Source: Candidatus Moraniibacteriota bacterium | GTDB lineage: Bacteria > Patescibacteriota > Minisyncoccia > Moranbacterales > DUUL01 | Length of the DNA stretch: 64,000 nt | NCBI GenBank assembly: GCA_041583775.1 | Contig: JBFHFF010000001.1 | Coordinates: 94,676 to 158,675 of the forward strand | Reading direction: 5' to 3' | Shown: positions 17,507 to 27,385 of the stretch, in pieces | Position numbering within the stretch: position 1 is the stretch's first letter | How the letters are laid out: each line of letters opens with the position of its first letter | Notes under the pieces: generated by a model | The model's database searches: none | The model's input: the letters and a program-made list of their open reading frames with translations, nothing else | What the model was told of the DNA's origin: nothing | Translations under genes and position numbers: made by a program

Positions 17507-18985
17507 TTATCTTTTCACTTGGCAAATTTTCATTCCCTGAAAATTACCTACTTCTTCCATTAACATTTCTTCACCCCAATCACAAGTCCAGTCAATGATA
17601 ATCATCCTGTTATCACTTTTAATTTCTGTTAGATTCGTTATCCTGTTATCATTTCCAACAACAACCCACTTACTAAAATCTTCCATTGGATTTGATCTGT
17701 GATAATATCTAACATTTTCTTCCCCGAAATAATATCTAGCAGATGTATAGCCGAATGGTCCATCCGCAACAACAATACTCTTATTAAAAACGGGATATTC
17801 TTTCATAAAATTTGAGACCTCTGTCCAACCTCCTTGAAATTGGATTGGCACCAATAGAAATATAGTTGCCACATAAATTCCAAGAGTTATTATCCAAGAC
17901 CACTTTGAACTAAAAACTAAAGTGATCATTCCTGCGAATAGGAGATAAATCAAAAGTGCAGATGGCATAAAATACCTTGACACATAGAGTTTTAAATTAA
18001 AGTGAGCAAGAATGATTAGAAACAAAAGAGTCCCCAATGAGATAACGGCCAATACAAAAACTTCTTTTTTTTGACGCCCTTTAAACCAAGTGTAACATAG
18101 CATTGCTATTATTAAAGTAAAAACCAATAAACCCATTGATGTTCCATCGAACAAGGGGATATCTTTATATAATTTAACAAATTCAACTGATTCAGGAACC
18201 CCCCCACTCCCTGGTTGATGACCGAAAAAGAAAATCTGCAAAGTTTTTGGTATATCACTAAGATTAGCTGGTGGAATCCAACCCAAATTGCCTTTCAGCA
18301 TATGTGGAATAAAATACCGAAGCCAACTGACAAAAAAAACTATTATGGTTCCCACTCCTATCCAGAAATTTTTATGTCCCAAAATTGCACTTATCCAGTT
18401 CTTTTTTTTAAAATTCTTTCCATAAAAAATATAACAAACATAAAAAATAATGAAAAAGAACAATGAAAGATAATGTGTCAGAAAAGACAAACCAGCAAAA
18501 ATTCCCCAAAAAATCCAGTCTCTTCTTTTGTCATTATCTAGCGCCCTCACGAAAAACCAAACAGACCAAAGAAAAAGAAAACCAAATAATGAATACATTC
18601 TAGCTTCTTGTGAATATTCAATTGCAAAAGGTGAAATAGCGGTTATAGCTGCAGCCAAAAGACCAGTTCTGGTATTAAACATTCTCTTTCCAATCCAATA
18701 GATTGAAATCACGGTTAAAATTCCAAAAAGAAATGAGAAAGAGCGAATTCCCTCTGGAGAATAACCAAATAAAGCGCTCCAGGGTTTAGCCAACCAATAA
18801 TATAATGGTGGATGAACATCTGCAAAAATCATCTGATTCATATCCCCCCAAGATGCTTTCAATAAAATTCCAGTAAAAGCTTCATCGTACCAAAAATCAC
18901 GCTGCCAAATAATTGGAGTGTACCTTAGAATCATCGCCAGAAATGTTAACAGTGTCAAAATAATGGCTGGAAAGAATTTTTTCAT
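17507..18985 (-). CDS. GT-C glycosyltransferase, family 39/83-like (PMT/ArnT-type)
   Basis: Polytopic membrane protein with the first-loop motif WYDEAFTG and the downstream DVHPPLYYWL typical of PMT/ArnT-type transferases. Confidence 0.65.
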   Translation of the reverse strand: MKKFFPAIILTLLTFLAMILRYTPIIWQRDFWYDEAFTGILLKASWGDMNQMIFADVHPPLYYWLAKPWSALFGYSPEGIRSFSFLFGILTVISIYWIGKRMFNTRTGLLAAAITAISPFAIEYSQEARMYSLFGFLFLWSVWFFVRALDNDKRRDWIFWGIFAGLSFLTHYLSLFFFIIFYVCYIFYGKNFKKKNWISAILGHKNFWIGVGTIIVFFVSWLRYFIPHMLKGNLGWIPPANLSDIPKTLQIFFFGHQPGSGGVPESVEFVKLYKDIPLFDGTSMGLLVFTLIIAMLCYTWFKGRQKKEVFVLAVISLGTLLFLIILAHFNLKLYVSRYFMPSALLIYLLFAGMITLVFSSKWSWIITLGIYVATIFLLVPIQFQGGWTEVSNFMKEYPVFNKSIVVADGPFGYTSARYYFGEENVRYYHRSNPMEDFSKWVVVGNDNRITNLTEIKSDNRMIIIDWTCDWGEEMLMEEVGNFQGMKICQVKR

Positions 18986-19079
18986 TTTATTTTAGTTTAT
19001 TTTTTTGTGAGAATATTTATCTTTATTATATAGCAAAAAAACTTTTTAGCATATCAATATCGAACTTAAAAAATCAAAA

Positions 19080-20042
19080 TTATTTATCTTTATTTTTTTT
19101 AACATCTTTTTTCTTATCCTCTCTTTCAGTTTCTGTTTTCGCTTCTTGTATTTTTTCATCAGAAACACCTTTGACTGCTACTTCTTCTAATTCTTTTTCC
19201 CTTTCTTTATAATCTCTAAATCTATAAACCACTTTTCCTTTTACTCTTAAATCGACATATTCAAGTTGTGCTAAATCAATTTCTGATATCTTAACAGTTA
19301 AAATTTTTTTTAAAATTTTAACCTGCTTTTCTAAAGATCTCTCTGTCGAAAAATATATTTCCCAACCAACTTTCGTTTTGACCCTTACTTCACCCGCGAC
19401 TAAAGAAGGGATGTATAATGATTTTATATCAATCTCTATGTCAGTATCTTCTTTCATTATTTTTGGCAGCTTGTTACATAGTTCAACAATTTCAATATGA
19501 GCAACTTTATCGCCTTTTTCAACGACCCTTCCACTTCTATCAGTAATTAAAACAATATCTTCCTTCAGTTCTTTCTCTTGATTCTTTATCTCATAAAAAG
19601 CTTCTGCAATCTCATCAATCAACCAACAGCTATTGTTACTACACCAAACGAAAGAATCTTTTCTTCTTTCCACTTCCAAAACTATTTTTGATGGAAATTT
19701 TTTCTCGACTCTGACATTCCTCGTCATAATAAATTCAGTCCTAATTCCCAATTGAATTTTTTCTAGGGGTGCTATCAATAAATTATTTCTAGGGAAAAAA
19801 TCAAAATATTTTCCAGACATTTCTTTTTCAACAATTTGTCTAATTCCTATTTCATCTTCAGCAGCTCCTACAATATCAATCTCTTCGATTTGCATTGCTG
19901 GCGAAAATATAACTGTCCAAACTACTACTGCACAAAAACCAAAAAAAATAAACCAAAAAACAACTTTCTTAAATATTTCCAAAAAGGTGTTTCTCTTCTT
20001 ATTTTTTGTTTTTTTATTTACAGCAGTCTCCCTTTGAATCAT
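19080..20042 (-). CDS. ftsQ: Cell division protein FtsQ/DivIB-like (TM + POTRA)
   Basis: N-terminal TM helix (VVFWFIFFGFCAVVVWTVIF) followed by a POTRA-like region (IEEIDIVG...). Sits at the end of a ddl/mur gene cluster, as in dcw operons. Has an extended K/E-rich C-terminus. Confidence 0.55.
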   Translation of the reverse strand: MIQRETAVNKKTKNKKRNTFLEIFKKVVFWFIFFGFCAVVVWTVIFSPAMQIEEIDIVGAAEDEIGIRQIVEKEMSGKYFDFFPRNNLLIAPLEKIQLGIRTEFIMTRNVRVEKKFPSKIVLEVERRKDSFVWCSNNSCWLIDEIAEAFYEIKNQEKELKEDIVLITDRSGRVVEKGDKVAHIEIVELCNKLPKIMKEDTDIEIDIKSLYIPSLVAGEVRVKTKVGWEIYFSTERSLEKQVKILKKILTVKISEIDLAQLEYVDLRVKGKVVYRFRDYKEREKELEEVAVKGVSDEKIQEAKTETEREDKKKDVKKNKDK

Positions 20043-20060
20043 TTAAATTTCTTTAAATCT

Positions 20061-20831
20061 TTAAGCCTTGCTCTCGTTTCTCCTGACATCTGTTTGTTCC
20101 AATTCATCTGCCACTATTTTTGCTATCACCAAAGAGTTGATATTATGTCTTCCTGGTCTTTCTATCTCAAAAAACTTTTTTTGCATCTTGTAATCAAAAG
20201 CAAAACTCTGACCGGCATCATTTTCTTTTATATTGGATATTACCGCGTCGCAAGATTTATCCTTACCAAAAATAATTGTTTTTGAGTTGGCAATACTTGC
20301 CAAATTTCTTGTTCTCACATCATCGCCATTTAAAATCAAAGTGCCATCCACTGGAATTGCTTTCGCCAATACAGCAAATTCCTTGGCAATATCATCAAGT
20401 GCTATCTCCAGTTCTGGGAAATTTCTATCAACATTTGTAACTATTGCAATCTTTGGCCTCACTAATGAAAGAAGATATTTCATATCCCCTGGACGGTCAA
20501 CTCCCATTTCCAGAACCAAAATTTTTGGAAATTTTCTAGAAAAAATCGAAATGCAAGTTCCTGTCAATAAAACATCCACCCACCTAAAAATTGAATCAAA
20601 ACCAGAAGGAAGAAATAATACTGCAAGTGGCAAACCAATTTCAGTATTGAAACTTTTCGGATTTCCACGAACATTCGTATCGCGCCCCAATTCATCCAGA
20701 ATAGATTCCTTAACAAAAGTTTTATTTGTAGTTCCAGCAACAGCTATCACAAAAGGCTTGTGTCGCAATAAAACAATTTTAGTTAACCATTTTAGATAAA
20801 ATTGAACTATCACCTTAAAAATTTTTTTCAT
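20061..20831 (-). CDS. Mur-ligase family protein (MurF-like central domain) lacking the C-terminal domain, 256 aa
   Basis: VIAVAGTTNKT P-loop, NTEIGLPLAVL, LILNGDD and GRHNINSLVIAKIV all match the MurF middle domain. The ORF stops right after the last motif. The ftsQ start is 19 bp downstream, leaving no room for a Mur_ligase_C domain. Confidence 0.6.
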   Translation of the reverse strand: MKKIFKVIVQFYLKWLTKIVLLRHKPFVIAVAGTTNKTFVKESILDELGRDTNVRGNPKSFNTEIGLPLAVLFLPSGFDSIFRWVDVLLTGTCISIFSRKFPKILVLEMGVDRPGDMKYLLSLVRPKIAIVTNVDRNFPELEIALDDIAKEFAVLAKAIPVDGTLILNGDDVRTRNLASIANSKTIIFGKDKSCDAVISNIKENDAGQSFAFDYKMQKKFFEIERPGRHNINSLVIAKIVADELEQTDVRRNESKA

Positions 20832-20847
20832 TTATTTTTCAAAAAAA

Positions 20848-22068
20848 TTATTTTATGGAATCAATAAATTTACCAATTCTTCTCATTGCTTTTTCAATAT
20901 TTTCTTTTCGACGCCCAAAACAAAACCTCAAGTGACCCTCTCCTTTTTTCCCAAAAGCTATGCCGGGAACAAGAGCAACTTTTGCGCTATTCAACAATTC
21001 AATTGCAAATCTCCAAGAAATTGAATTTTTCTGATAATCCTTTAAATCATTCTTGTTATTACTTTTTTTATTTTCATATTTCTCAAAAGCTGTAATTAAT
21101 TTATCAGTCATTTTAGGAAAAACAAAATAAGCCGAAGAAGGATCTTGGTATTCAAACCAATCACTTAATTTATCCAATTCCTCACAAAGAAAATCTCTTC
21201 TTTGTCTGAAAATTTCTTTATATTTAATAACAACACCGTCAGCCATCTCTAGCGCAGCTAAAGCACCCCACTGAGAAACAACTGGCGCACATGTCACCAA
21301 AGAATCATGGACTCCAAGAATTTTTTCAGCCAATTCTTTATCCGCAGCCAAATAAGCAACTCTCCACCCAGTCATTGCATATGACTTAGAAAAAGAAAAA
21401 ATATAAATGAACCTCTTTCGAAGAGCTGAAAATTGTGCTAACGAAAAAAAATCTTTATTAGAATAAATAAAATCTTTATATACTTCATCTGCTAGAATAT
21501 AAAGATTGTACATTTGTGCAAGCTCTGCAAGTTGCATTAATTGTTCTTGAGAAAAAACCGTACCAGTTGGATTGTTTGGATTACAATATAAGATTGCTTT
21601 TGTTTTTGAAGTGACTCTCTTTTTAAATTCTTCGATATCGAAATCCCAACTATTTTCTTCCTCAAGAGGCACAAAAACAGGAATCCCCCTAGCGGTCTTA
21701 ATGGCAGACTGATAAGAAGTGTAGGTTGGATCAGGAACCAAGACCTCATCTCCTGGTTCTAAAATTGTTAACAAACTGGCTGTAATAGCCTCAATTGAAC
21801 CAGCAGTAACAATTATTTCTTTCTCGAAATCATAGAAAATATTTCTTTTCGCCAAACTATATTCTATTGCTTCTCGCAATTCTAAGATTCCAGGAGCCAG
21901 AGAATATCTAGCTACTCTTCCATCCTCAATAGCCTCAATAGCCCTCTTTTTAACACAAAGCGGTGTATCGAAACTTGGTATTCCTTGAGCTAGCGAAACT
22001 ACACCTGGAATTCGTGAGCTAAGAATTTCTATCTCTTTTATTGGAGATATTCTATTTTCATCTTTCAC
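20848..22068 (-). CDS. PLP-dependent class I aminotransferase
   Basis: SFSKSYAMTGWRVAY carries the lysine of the SxSKxxxMxGxRxGY motif. 406 aa. Embedded between ddl and the mur-ligase gene. Confidence 0.8.
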   Translation of the reverse strand: MKDENRISPIKEIEILSSRIPGVVSLAQGIPSFDTPLCVKKRAIEAIEDGRVARYSLAPGILELREAIEYSLAKRNIFYDFEKEIIVTAGSIEAITASLLTILEPGDEVLVPDPTYTSYQSAIKTARGIPVFVPLEEENSWDFDIEEFKKRVTSKTKAILYCNPNNPTGTVFSQEQLMQLAELAQMYNLYILADEVYKDFIYSNKDFFSLAQFSALRKRFIYIFSFSKSYAMTGWRVAYLAADKELAEKILGVHDSLVTCAPVVSQWGALAALEMADGVVIKYKEIFRQRRDFLCEELDKLSDWFEYQDPSSAYFVFPKMTDKLITAFEKYENKKSNNKNDLKDYQKNSISWRFAIELLNSAKVALVPGIAFGKKGEGHLRFCFGRRKENIEKAMRRIGKFIDSIK

Positions 22069-22151
22069 CTGAAATTTTGTTTCATTTCTTATAATATAAA
22101 TTATAGCAAAAAATCACATTCTGTCTATTTCTTAGGCGAAAAAAGATATAT

Positions 22152-23090
22152 CTATTTATCAATTTCCATCTCAATAAGTTTATCTAATAACACTGGAAAT
22201 TCCATCCCAGCAGCTTTTGCAGATTTTGGTGCAAGTGAGGTTACTGTCATTCCTGGAATTGTATTTATTTCTAAAAAATAGATCTTGTCGCTTTTATTAT
22301 CCCAAATAAAATCAACTCTTGCTAAATTTTTACAACCAATGGCGCCAAAGACTTTAACAGCCATCTTTTGTAATTCATCACGAATTTCATCAATAATTTC
22401 AGCTGGGCAAATTTCATCACAAGCCCCTGCAACATATTTTGATTTATAATCAAACCACTGGGAATTTTTAGGCACAATCTCAATCACTGGAAAAGCTTTG
22501 GGGTTTTCCTTTCCCATAACCAAAACAGTTAGTTCTCTACCTTTAATATATTGCTCAAACATTACAACTTTATCATATTTAAAAGCAGTTGAAATTCCTT
22601 CTGCTAATTCTTCCTTGTTTTTAGCAATTGAAATTCCCACAGAAGAACCAAGCTCTACTGGTTTAATCACAACCGGAAAGCCCAAAAATTCTATTTCCTT
22701 TTTCCTATCTTCTATTTCATGCTTTTTAACAGTCACTGCCTTTGCCACTTTTAAACCTGCTTCTCTAGCAATTATTTTTGCTTTAGCTTTATTCATAGCA
22801 AGGGCGCTGGCAAGGCAACCAGAGAAAATATAAGGCACTCCGATCATATCCATCAATCCCTGTAATTTTCCATCTTCACCAAATGGACCATGAAGAGCAG
22901 GGAACACAAGATTAAATTTTTTCGAAAAAGCATCTAGGATAAATTTTTTCAATTCCATTTCTGGGTCATAACGAAAAATTTCATATTTATTCTTATCAAG
23001 CGCATCGAAAATCTGTTTACCTGTATCCAAAGAAATCTCCCTTTCACCAGAAATTCCACCAGCTAACAATGCTATTCTTATTTTCCCCAT
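22152..23090 (-). CDS. ddl: D-alanine--D-alanine ligase
   Basis: MGKIRIALLAGGISGEREISL N-terminus, ALHGPFGEDGKLQGLMDMIGVPY and ATP-grasp motifs. 312 aa. Confidence 0.85.
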   Translation of the reverse strand: MGKIRIALLAGGISGEREISLDTGKQIFDALDKNKYEIFRYDPEMELKKFILDAFSKKFNLVFPALHGPFGEDGKLQGLMDMIGVPYIFSGCLASALAMNKAKAKIIAREAGLKVAKAVTVKKHEIEDRKKEIEFLGFPVVIKPVELGSSVGISIAKNKEELAEGISTAFKYDKVVMFEQYIKGRELTVLVMGKENPKAFPVIEIVPKNSQWFDYKSKYVAGACDEICPAEIIDEIRDELQKMAVKVFGAIGCKNLARVDFIWDNKSDKIYFLEINTIPGMTVTSLAPKSAKAAGMEFPVLLDKLIEMEIDK

Positions 23091-23167
23091 TTTTTAGTAT
23101 TTATTTTTTAATATTAATCAAAGGATAATCTTTTAAAAAACTCACCTGGAGATGAGTTTTTTATTTT

Positions 23168-24487
23168 TTATTTTTTATTTTCAATTTTCTCGATGTTACC
23201 AGGCATATATTTCCGTAAAACATTGGGGATTACGACTGAACCATCGGCCTGCTGAAAATTTTCTAAGATTGCAATGATAAATCTTGGGGAAGGAATCGCT
23301 GTATTGTTCAACATAAATACATTTTTTCGATTACCCTCTTCGTCTTTATACTTTACATTTAATCTTCGTGATTGCCAGTCCAAAAAATTTGACGCACTTC
23401 CAGTCTCTCCATATCCATTCCTTGAAGGCATCCAAACTTCCATATCAAACATACGATACTTTCCTGCACTCATATCACCTGTACAAATTTCCAAAACTCG
23501 ATATGGTAAACCAATTTCCCTGTGAAGCTCCTTAGAAATATCCAACATTTCTCTATGTAATTTTTCAGCCTTTTCAATATCGGCTTCACAAATACAAACC
23601 TGCTCTACCTTCATAAATTCATGCACTCTATAAAGACCTTTAGTGTCTTTCCCATATGAACCAATCTCACTTCGATAGCATTGAGAAAATCCACACATTT
23701 TTAAAGGCAACCTATTTTTTTCCAAAACTTCATTTGAATAATACGCCAGGAGTGATGGCTCTGCTGTTCCGATTAAAAATTTATTTTCTTTATTTGATTT
23801 TCCATCTGCCTCAATTTCTTTATTTTCTATTTTATAAATTTCATCTTTTTTTTCATCGAATTTTTTTCCAGTAAAATATCCACTTCCAAAAAGTACACTT
23901 TCTTTTACAAGTGTCGGTGGGATCATTGGTATAAAACCTTTTTGCACCAACTTCTCCAAAGCATACATCATCAGTGCCAATTGCAATCCAGCACCTTCGT
24001 TTTTCATATAATATCCCCTATATCCAGACACTTTTACACCTCTTTCAAAATCAATAATGTCCAAATCCTTCCCAAGCTGAATGTGATTCTTAGGCTCAAA
24101 ATCAAATTTTTTTGATTCTCCCGCCTTTTCAATTTCCACATTTTCGGTTTCATCTTTTCCAACAGGAACATCTTTCGCGGTCACTGTTGGCACCTGCACC
24201 ATCAACTCTTCATATTCCACATCAACTATTCGTAGTTCTTCTTCAAATTTTGAGATTTCTATTTTTAATTTTTTACCCTTTTCAATTTGCTCCTCGGATG
24301 GGCGCATTCCTTTGGCAGAATTTGCAAGTTCATTTCTCTCTGCACGCAATTGATCCATTTTTGTCATAATTTCTCGCCTTTTTTCATCAAGCGCCAAAAG
24401 TTTTTCCAAATCAATTTTAATATTTTTATTTCTAGCAGCCTCAGCTACTGCTTCTTGATTTTCTCTTATATATTTTATGTCCAACAT
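23168..24487 (-). CDS. serS: Seryl-tRNA synthetase
   Basis: N-terminal coiled-coil arm and class II core with FRVHEFMKVEQ and GSASNF. 439 aa. Confidence 0.9.
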   Translation of the reverse strand: MLDIKYIRENQEAVAEAARNKNIKIDLEKLLALDEKRREIMTKMDQLRAERNELANSAKGMRPSEEQIEKGKKLKIEISKFEEELRIVDVEYEELMVQVPTVTAKDVPVGKDETENVEIEKAGESKKFDFEPKNHIQLGKDLDIIDFERGVKVSGYRGYYMKNEGAGLQLALMMYALEKLVQKGFIPMIPPTLVKESVLFGSGYFTGKKFDEKKDEIYKIENKEIEADGKSNKENKFLIGTAEPSLLAYYSNEVLEKNRLPLKMCGFSQCYRSEIGSYGKDTKGLYRVHEFMKVEQVCICEADIEKAEKLHREMLDISKELHREIGLPYRVLEICTGDMSAGKYRMFDMEVWMPSRNGYGETGSASNFLDWQSRRLNVKYKDEEGNRKNVFMLNNTAIPSPRFIIAILENFQQADGSVVIPNVLRKYMPGNIEKIENKK

Positions 24488-24774
24488 CTTTTTGATTTTA
24501 AATTTAAAATAATTTTACTCAACTTTTTATTTATGGGATTAAAACCATAAAAAATATTTCTAAATATTCCCTTTCAGGATGACATATGTAAAATGTTTTT
24601 TTCGATAAAACTAACTGTATTCATAATGTCTTTATTTTTACACATTTAAAAGGTAATTTCAAGTAATTAAAGTTCTCTTAAGCCAATATTTCTATTCAAA
24701 CAGTTTCTTTACCTCACCATTTTAATTAAATAGTGAATCTTTTTTAGTTTTATTAAGCGAATCAAATCAAACTA

Positions 24775-24805
24775 AACAAAAAACCGCGATCACGGTTTTT
24801 TGTTT
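24775..24805. terminator. Bidirectional intrinsic terminator (aaccg/cggtt stem), 3' of the minus-strand pilin-like gene
   Basis: Hairpin 24782-24797 flanked by A-run and T-run. Confidence 0.5.
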
Positions 24806-24837
24806 TTATTCTACTAACTTGACTAAAAATATCTTGC

Positions 24838-25863
24838 CTAATTACAATTATAACAAACATCCCAATGAGTATCCTCTCTTGCATAAATATTACCATCGCT
24901 ATCTTCATACATAACAGCGCCATCACCTCGAACGCCAGCAGGAGTAAAATTTGCCACAATATAATTATTAACTGCTAGTGTGTCTTCTATGTCCACTTTG
25001 TAACCATTCGCATGAGAAAATGTTGCCGTAGTATTATGCACAGTTGATGTCTCTGCTCCACCAGTTATGATAATTGGAGCTCCAACCTGACTTTGAAAAT
25101 CAATCACACCTTGAGTAGTAGCTGGCAAAAGATTTGACACATTGGTAGCACCAGGGCTTGATTCCCAAACGGTAATATCATATGGAATCAAAGCATCTCT
25201 CGCATTTTGTTCATTCAAATCACTTGACACACTGCCAGTTGTTCCTGTGGTCCCCGTTGTTCCTGTTGCTCCTGTTAATCCAGTTGTTGCCAATACAGCA
25301 GAGCTTGGAGCAGCAGTATCAAAAACACTATCACTAACGCATTGAAATTCATACCAGCGTCCGCCAGAACCAACTCCAAGAAAAGACTCATTAGCAGAAA
25401 TAAAAACCAAAATAGTATAAACAAGTAACCAAGAAAGAAGAAATCCCGCAAAACCCATCAGAGTTTTTGAAATAATTCCCTTAGCGATTGTTACTGTTCC
25501 TGGATTTCCAGCTGACACTAGATAGGTAACCCCTCCGATCGTAAGAGATAATAAAGCTAATATAATTATCCAGGCAAACATCAAATCAAAAATATTCTTT
25601 ACCATTATAAGCAAATGGCAAACCGTGCAACTTTTTTGTTCGTCATAAGGAGTCCTGCTGTCATCGCAACTTCTTCCGCAAGGCACAATAGCTCTGTCAA
25701 ATTGCAAAATACTCACACCAGCTATTCCTTCTGAAGGAGCCTTAGTTCCAGCACAATCAAGGGCTTTAGCTGTTAAAGGAGCGCCAAAAAAACATCCCGC
25801 AAAAAGAAAGATTGCCAATCCCGAGAAGAAAAAATTTCTGAGATTTTTAATTTTTATTTTCAT
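24838..25863 (-). CDS. Secreted Cys-rich two-helix membrane protein with VirB2/TrbC-like topology, (GTT)n linker and C-terminal possible M15-like zinc-peptidase motif
   Basis: Signal peptide with lipobox-like LFAGC. Six Cys in CGRSCDD...CTVC. Two hydrophobic helices separated by a short loop (IFDLMFAWIIILALLSLTIGGV / LMGFAGFLLSWLLVYTILVFI). Linker TGLTGATGTTGTTGTTG. C-terminal SHANGYKVDI fits HxxGxxxD, with a later DTHWD. Confidence 0.5.
   Translation of the reverse strand: MKIKIKNLRNFFFSGLAIFLFAGCFFGAPLTAKALDCAGTKAPSEGIAGVSILQFDRAIVPCGRSCDDSRTPYDEQKSCTVCHLLIMVKNIFDLMFAWIIILALLSLTIGGVTYLVSAGNPGTVTIAKGIISKTLMGFAGFLLSWLLVYTILVFISANESFLGVGSGGRWYEFQCVSDSVFDTAAPSSAVLATTGLTGATGTTGTTGTTGSVSSDLNEQNARDALIPYDITVWESSPGATNVSNLLPATTQGVIDFQSQVGAPIIITGGAETSTVHNTTATFSHANGYKVDIEDTLAVNNYIVANFTPAGVRGDGAVMYEDSDGNIYAREDTHWDVCYNCN
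25235..25288. repeat. Imperfect 9-bp tandem repeat (6 units, consensus ccNgttgtt) inside CDS 24838..25863
   Basis: Units are ccagttgtt, cctgtggtc, cccgttgtt, cctgttgct, cctgttaat and ccagttgtt. They encode the Gly-Thr-Thr linker on the minus strand. Confidence 0.7.
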
Positions 25864-25915
25864 CTTTTTTTATTTTTTATATATAATTTATAATGAAATA
25901 TTAACTAGTTTTGTT

Positions 25916-27385
25916 TTAGCCAAGTTTTTTTATTTTTTCAATAGAAAGATTTTTTGGTTTCATAAGTGGAAAAATTTGACACTCTCTTGATGAACGATCC
26001 ATTAAAAAAGAAAATACTCGTTCGCTCATTCCGAAACCACAAGTTGGTGGCATTCCATACTCCAAAGCTTCCACAAAGTCTTGATCGTGCATCTGGGCTT
26101 CAGCGTCACCCTCATCTCTCAATTTTTGTTGTTTAGCGAATCTTTCCGCTTGATCGACTGGATCATTCAACTCCGAATAACCGTTGCCGAGTTCACTCCC
26201 AGCAACAATTGGCTGAAAGCGTTGTGTAACGCTAGGATTTTCAACATCTTTTTTCGCAAGCGGAGAGACTGCTAACGGCACTCCCACCAAGAATCCAGGC
26301 CCTGCAATTGACTTTCTGCAATATTTCCAAAGATTATCAATTGCTCGAGTTATATTAAACCCTTTTTTGTCATATTCAACACCAAGCTCTTTCAACTTTT
26401 TTTCAATTTCATTAATAGTTGCAGAACTTACATCAATACCCGTCTTCTCTTTAATAGTTTCCGTATAATCATATCTCTCCCATTTCTTTGAAAAATCAAC
26501 ATCAAAGCCCTTAATTTTGAATTGCAAAGTTCCAAAAGTTTTTTCTGCAATATATTTATATAATTCTTCAACAAGCTCCATCCCTTTTTCATAATTTGCA
26601 TATGCCCAATAAAACTCCATCTGTGTATAGTCTTGTAAATGTTCTGCATCCATACCTTCATTTCTAAATTGCCTTCCAATTTCAAAAGTTTTTTCAAGCC
26701 CTCCAACCATAAGGCGCTTCTGCCAAAGCTCTCCCATTGAAATTCTTAAATACACATCCATATCCAGTGCATTGTGGTGTGTTTCAAACGGTTCAGCGTC
26801 TGCTCCGCCAGCCGAAGTTTCTAGTACTGGCGTTTCCACTTCAATAAAACCCTTTTCCATCAAAAATCCGCGCACCGCATTCCAAAAAATACTTCTTTTA
26901 TAAATTATATCTTTAGTTTCTTCATTAAATAATATGTCTAAATATCTTTTTCGAAAAAGTTCATCTCCATCTTGCAATGCCTTATGTTTATCAGGCATCG
27001 GCAAAATTGATTTCGTTAATAAAGTCAACTTACTTGCCAAAACAGATTTTTCTCCTTTATGAGTATCAAATCTTTTCCCTTTAACGGCAATAAAATCACC
27101 AATATCAAGATTCTTAACCCATAATTTATAGTCTCCTTCAAATTCTTTTTTATTCAAAACAACCTGCATTCTACCACTCTCATCTTGCAAATGCATAAAA
27201 GTTAAATTTCCCATATTTCGAAAGAGCATTATTCTCCCAGCGATGGACACTCCTTCTTCTACTTTTTTCTCAAAAACATCTTTTAAATTTTCTTTTTCAA
27301 AAGGACCCGCAGGATATGGATCAATTCCTGCCTCCTTAAAGTTATTCAACTTTCTAATCTTGTCTTGCTTAATGTTCTCTAGCAT
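25916..27385 (-). CDS. lysS: Lysyl-tRNA synthetase (class II)
   Basis: OB-fold N-domain, then a class II core with FRNEGMD, ELGNGYSELNDP and PTCGFGMSERV. 489 aa. Confidence 0.9.
   Translation of the reverse strand: MLENIKQDKIRKLNNFKEAGIDPYPAGPFEKENLKDVFEKKVEEGVSIAGRIMLFRNMGNLTFMHLQDESGRMQVVLNKKEFEGDYKLWVKNLDIGDFIAVKGKRFDTHKGEKSVLASKLTLLTKSILPMPDKHKALQDGDELFRKRYLDILFNEETKDIIYKRSIFWNAVRGFLMEKGFIEVETPVLETSAGGADAEPFETHHNALDMDVYLRISMGELWQKRLMVGGLEKTFEIGRQFRNEGMDAEHLQDYTQMEFYWAYANYEKGMELVEELYKYIAEKTFGTLQFKIKGFDVDFSKKWERYDYTETIKEKTGIDVSSATINEIEKKLKELGVEYDKKGFNITRAIDNLWKYCRKSIAGPGFLVGVPLAVSPLAKKDVENPSVTQRFQPIVAGSELGNGYSELNDPVDQAERFAKQQKLRDEGDAEAQMHDQDFVEALEYGMPPTCGFGMSERVFSFLMDRSSRECQIFPLMKPKNLSIEKIKKLG

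Noticed and set aside
24488-24780. Possible T-box leader upstream of serS (minus strand)
   Set aside because: I looked for the T-box consensus (AAUUAGGGUGGNACCGCG) and a specifier/antiterminator arrangement and found none. The GC hairpin at 24782-24797 is better explained as the terminator of the upstream pilin-like gene.
25235-25288. Short tandem repeat considered as a CRISPR-like array
   Set aside because: The 9-bp units are contiguous, have no spacers, and lie inside a CDS where they encode a Gly-Thr linker. This is a coding microsatellite, not CRISPR. No CRISPR repeats were found elsewhere in the window.
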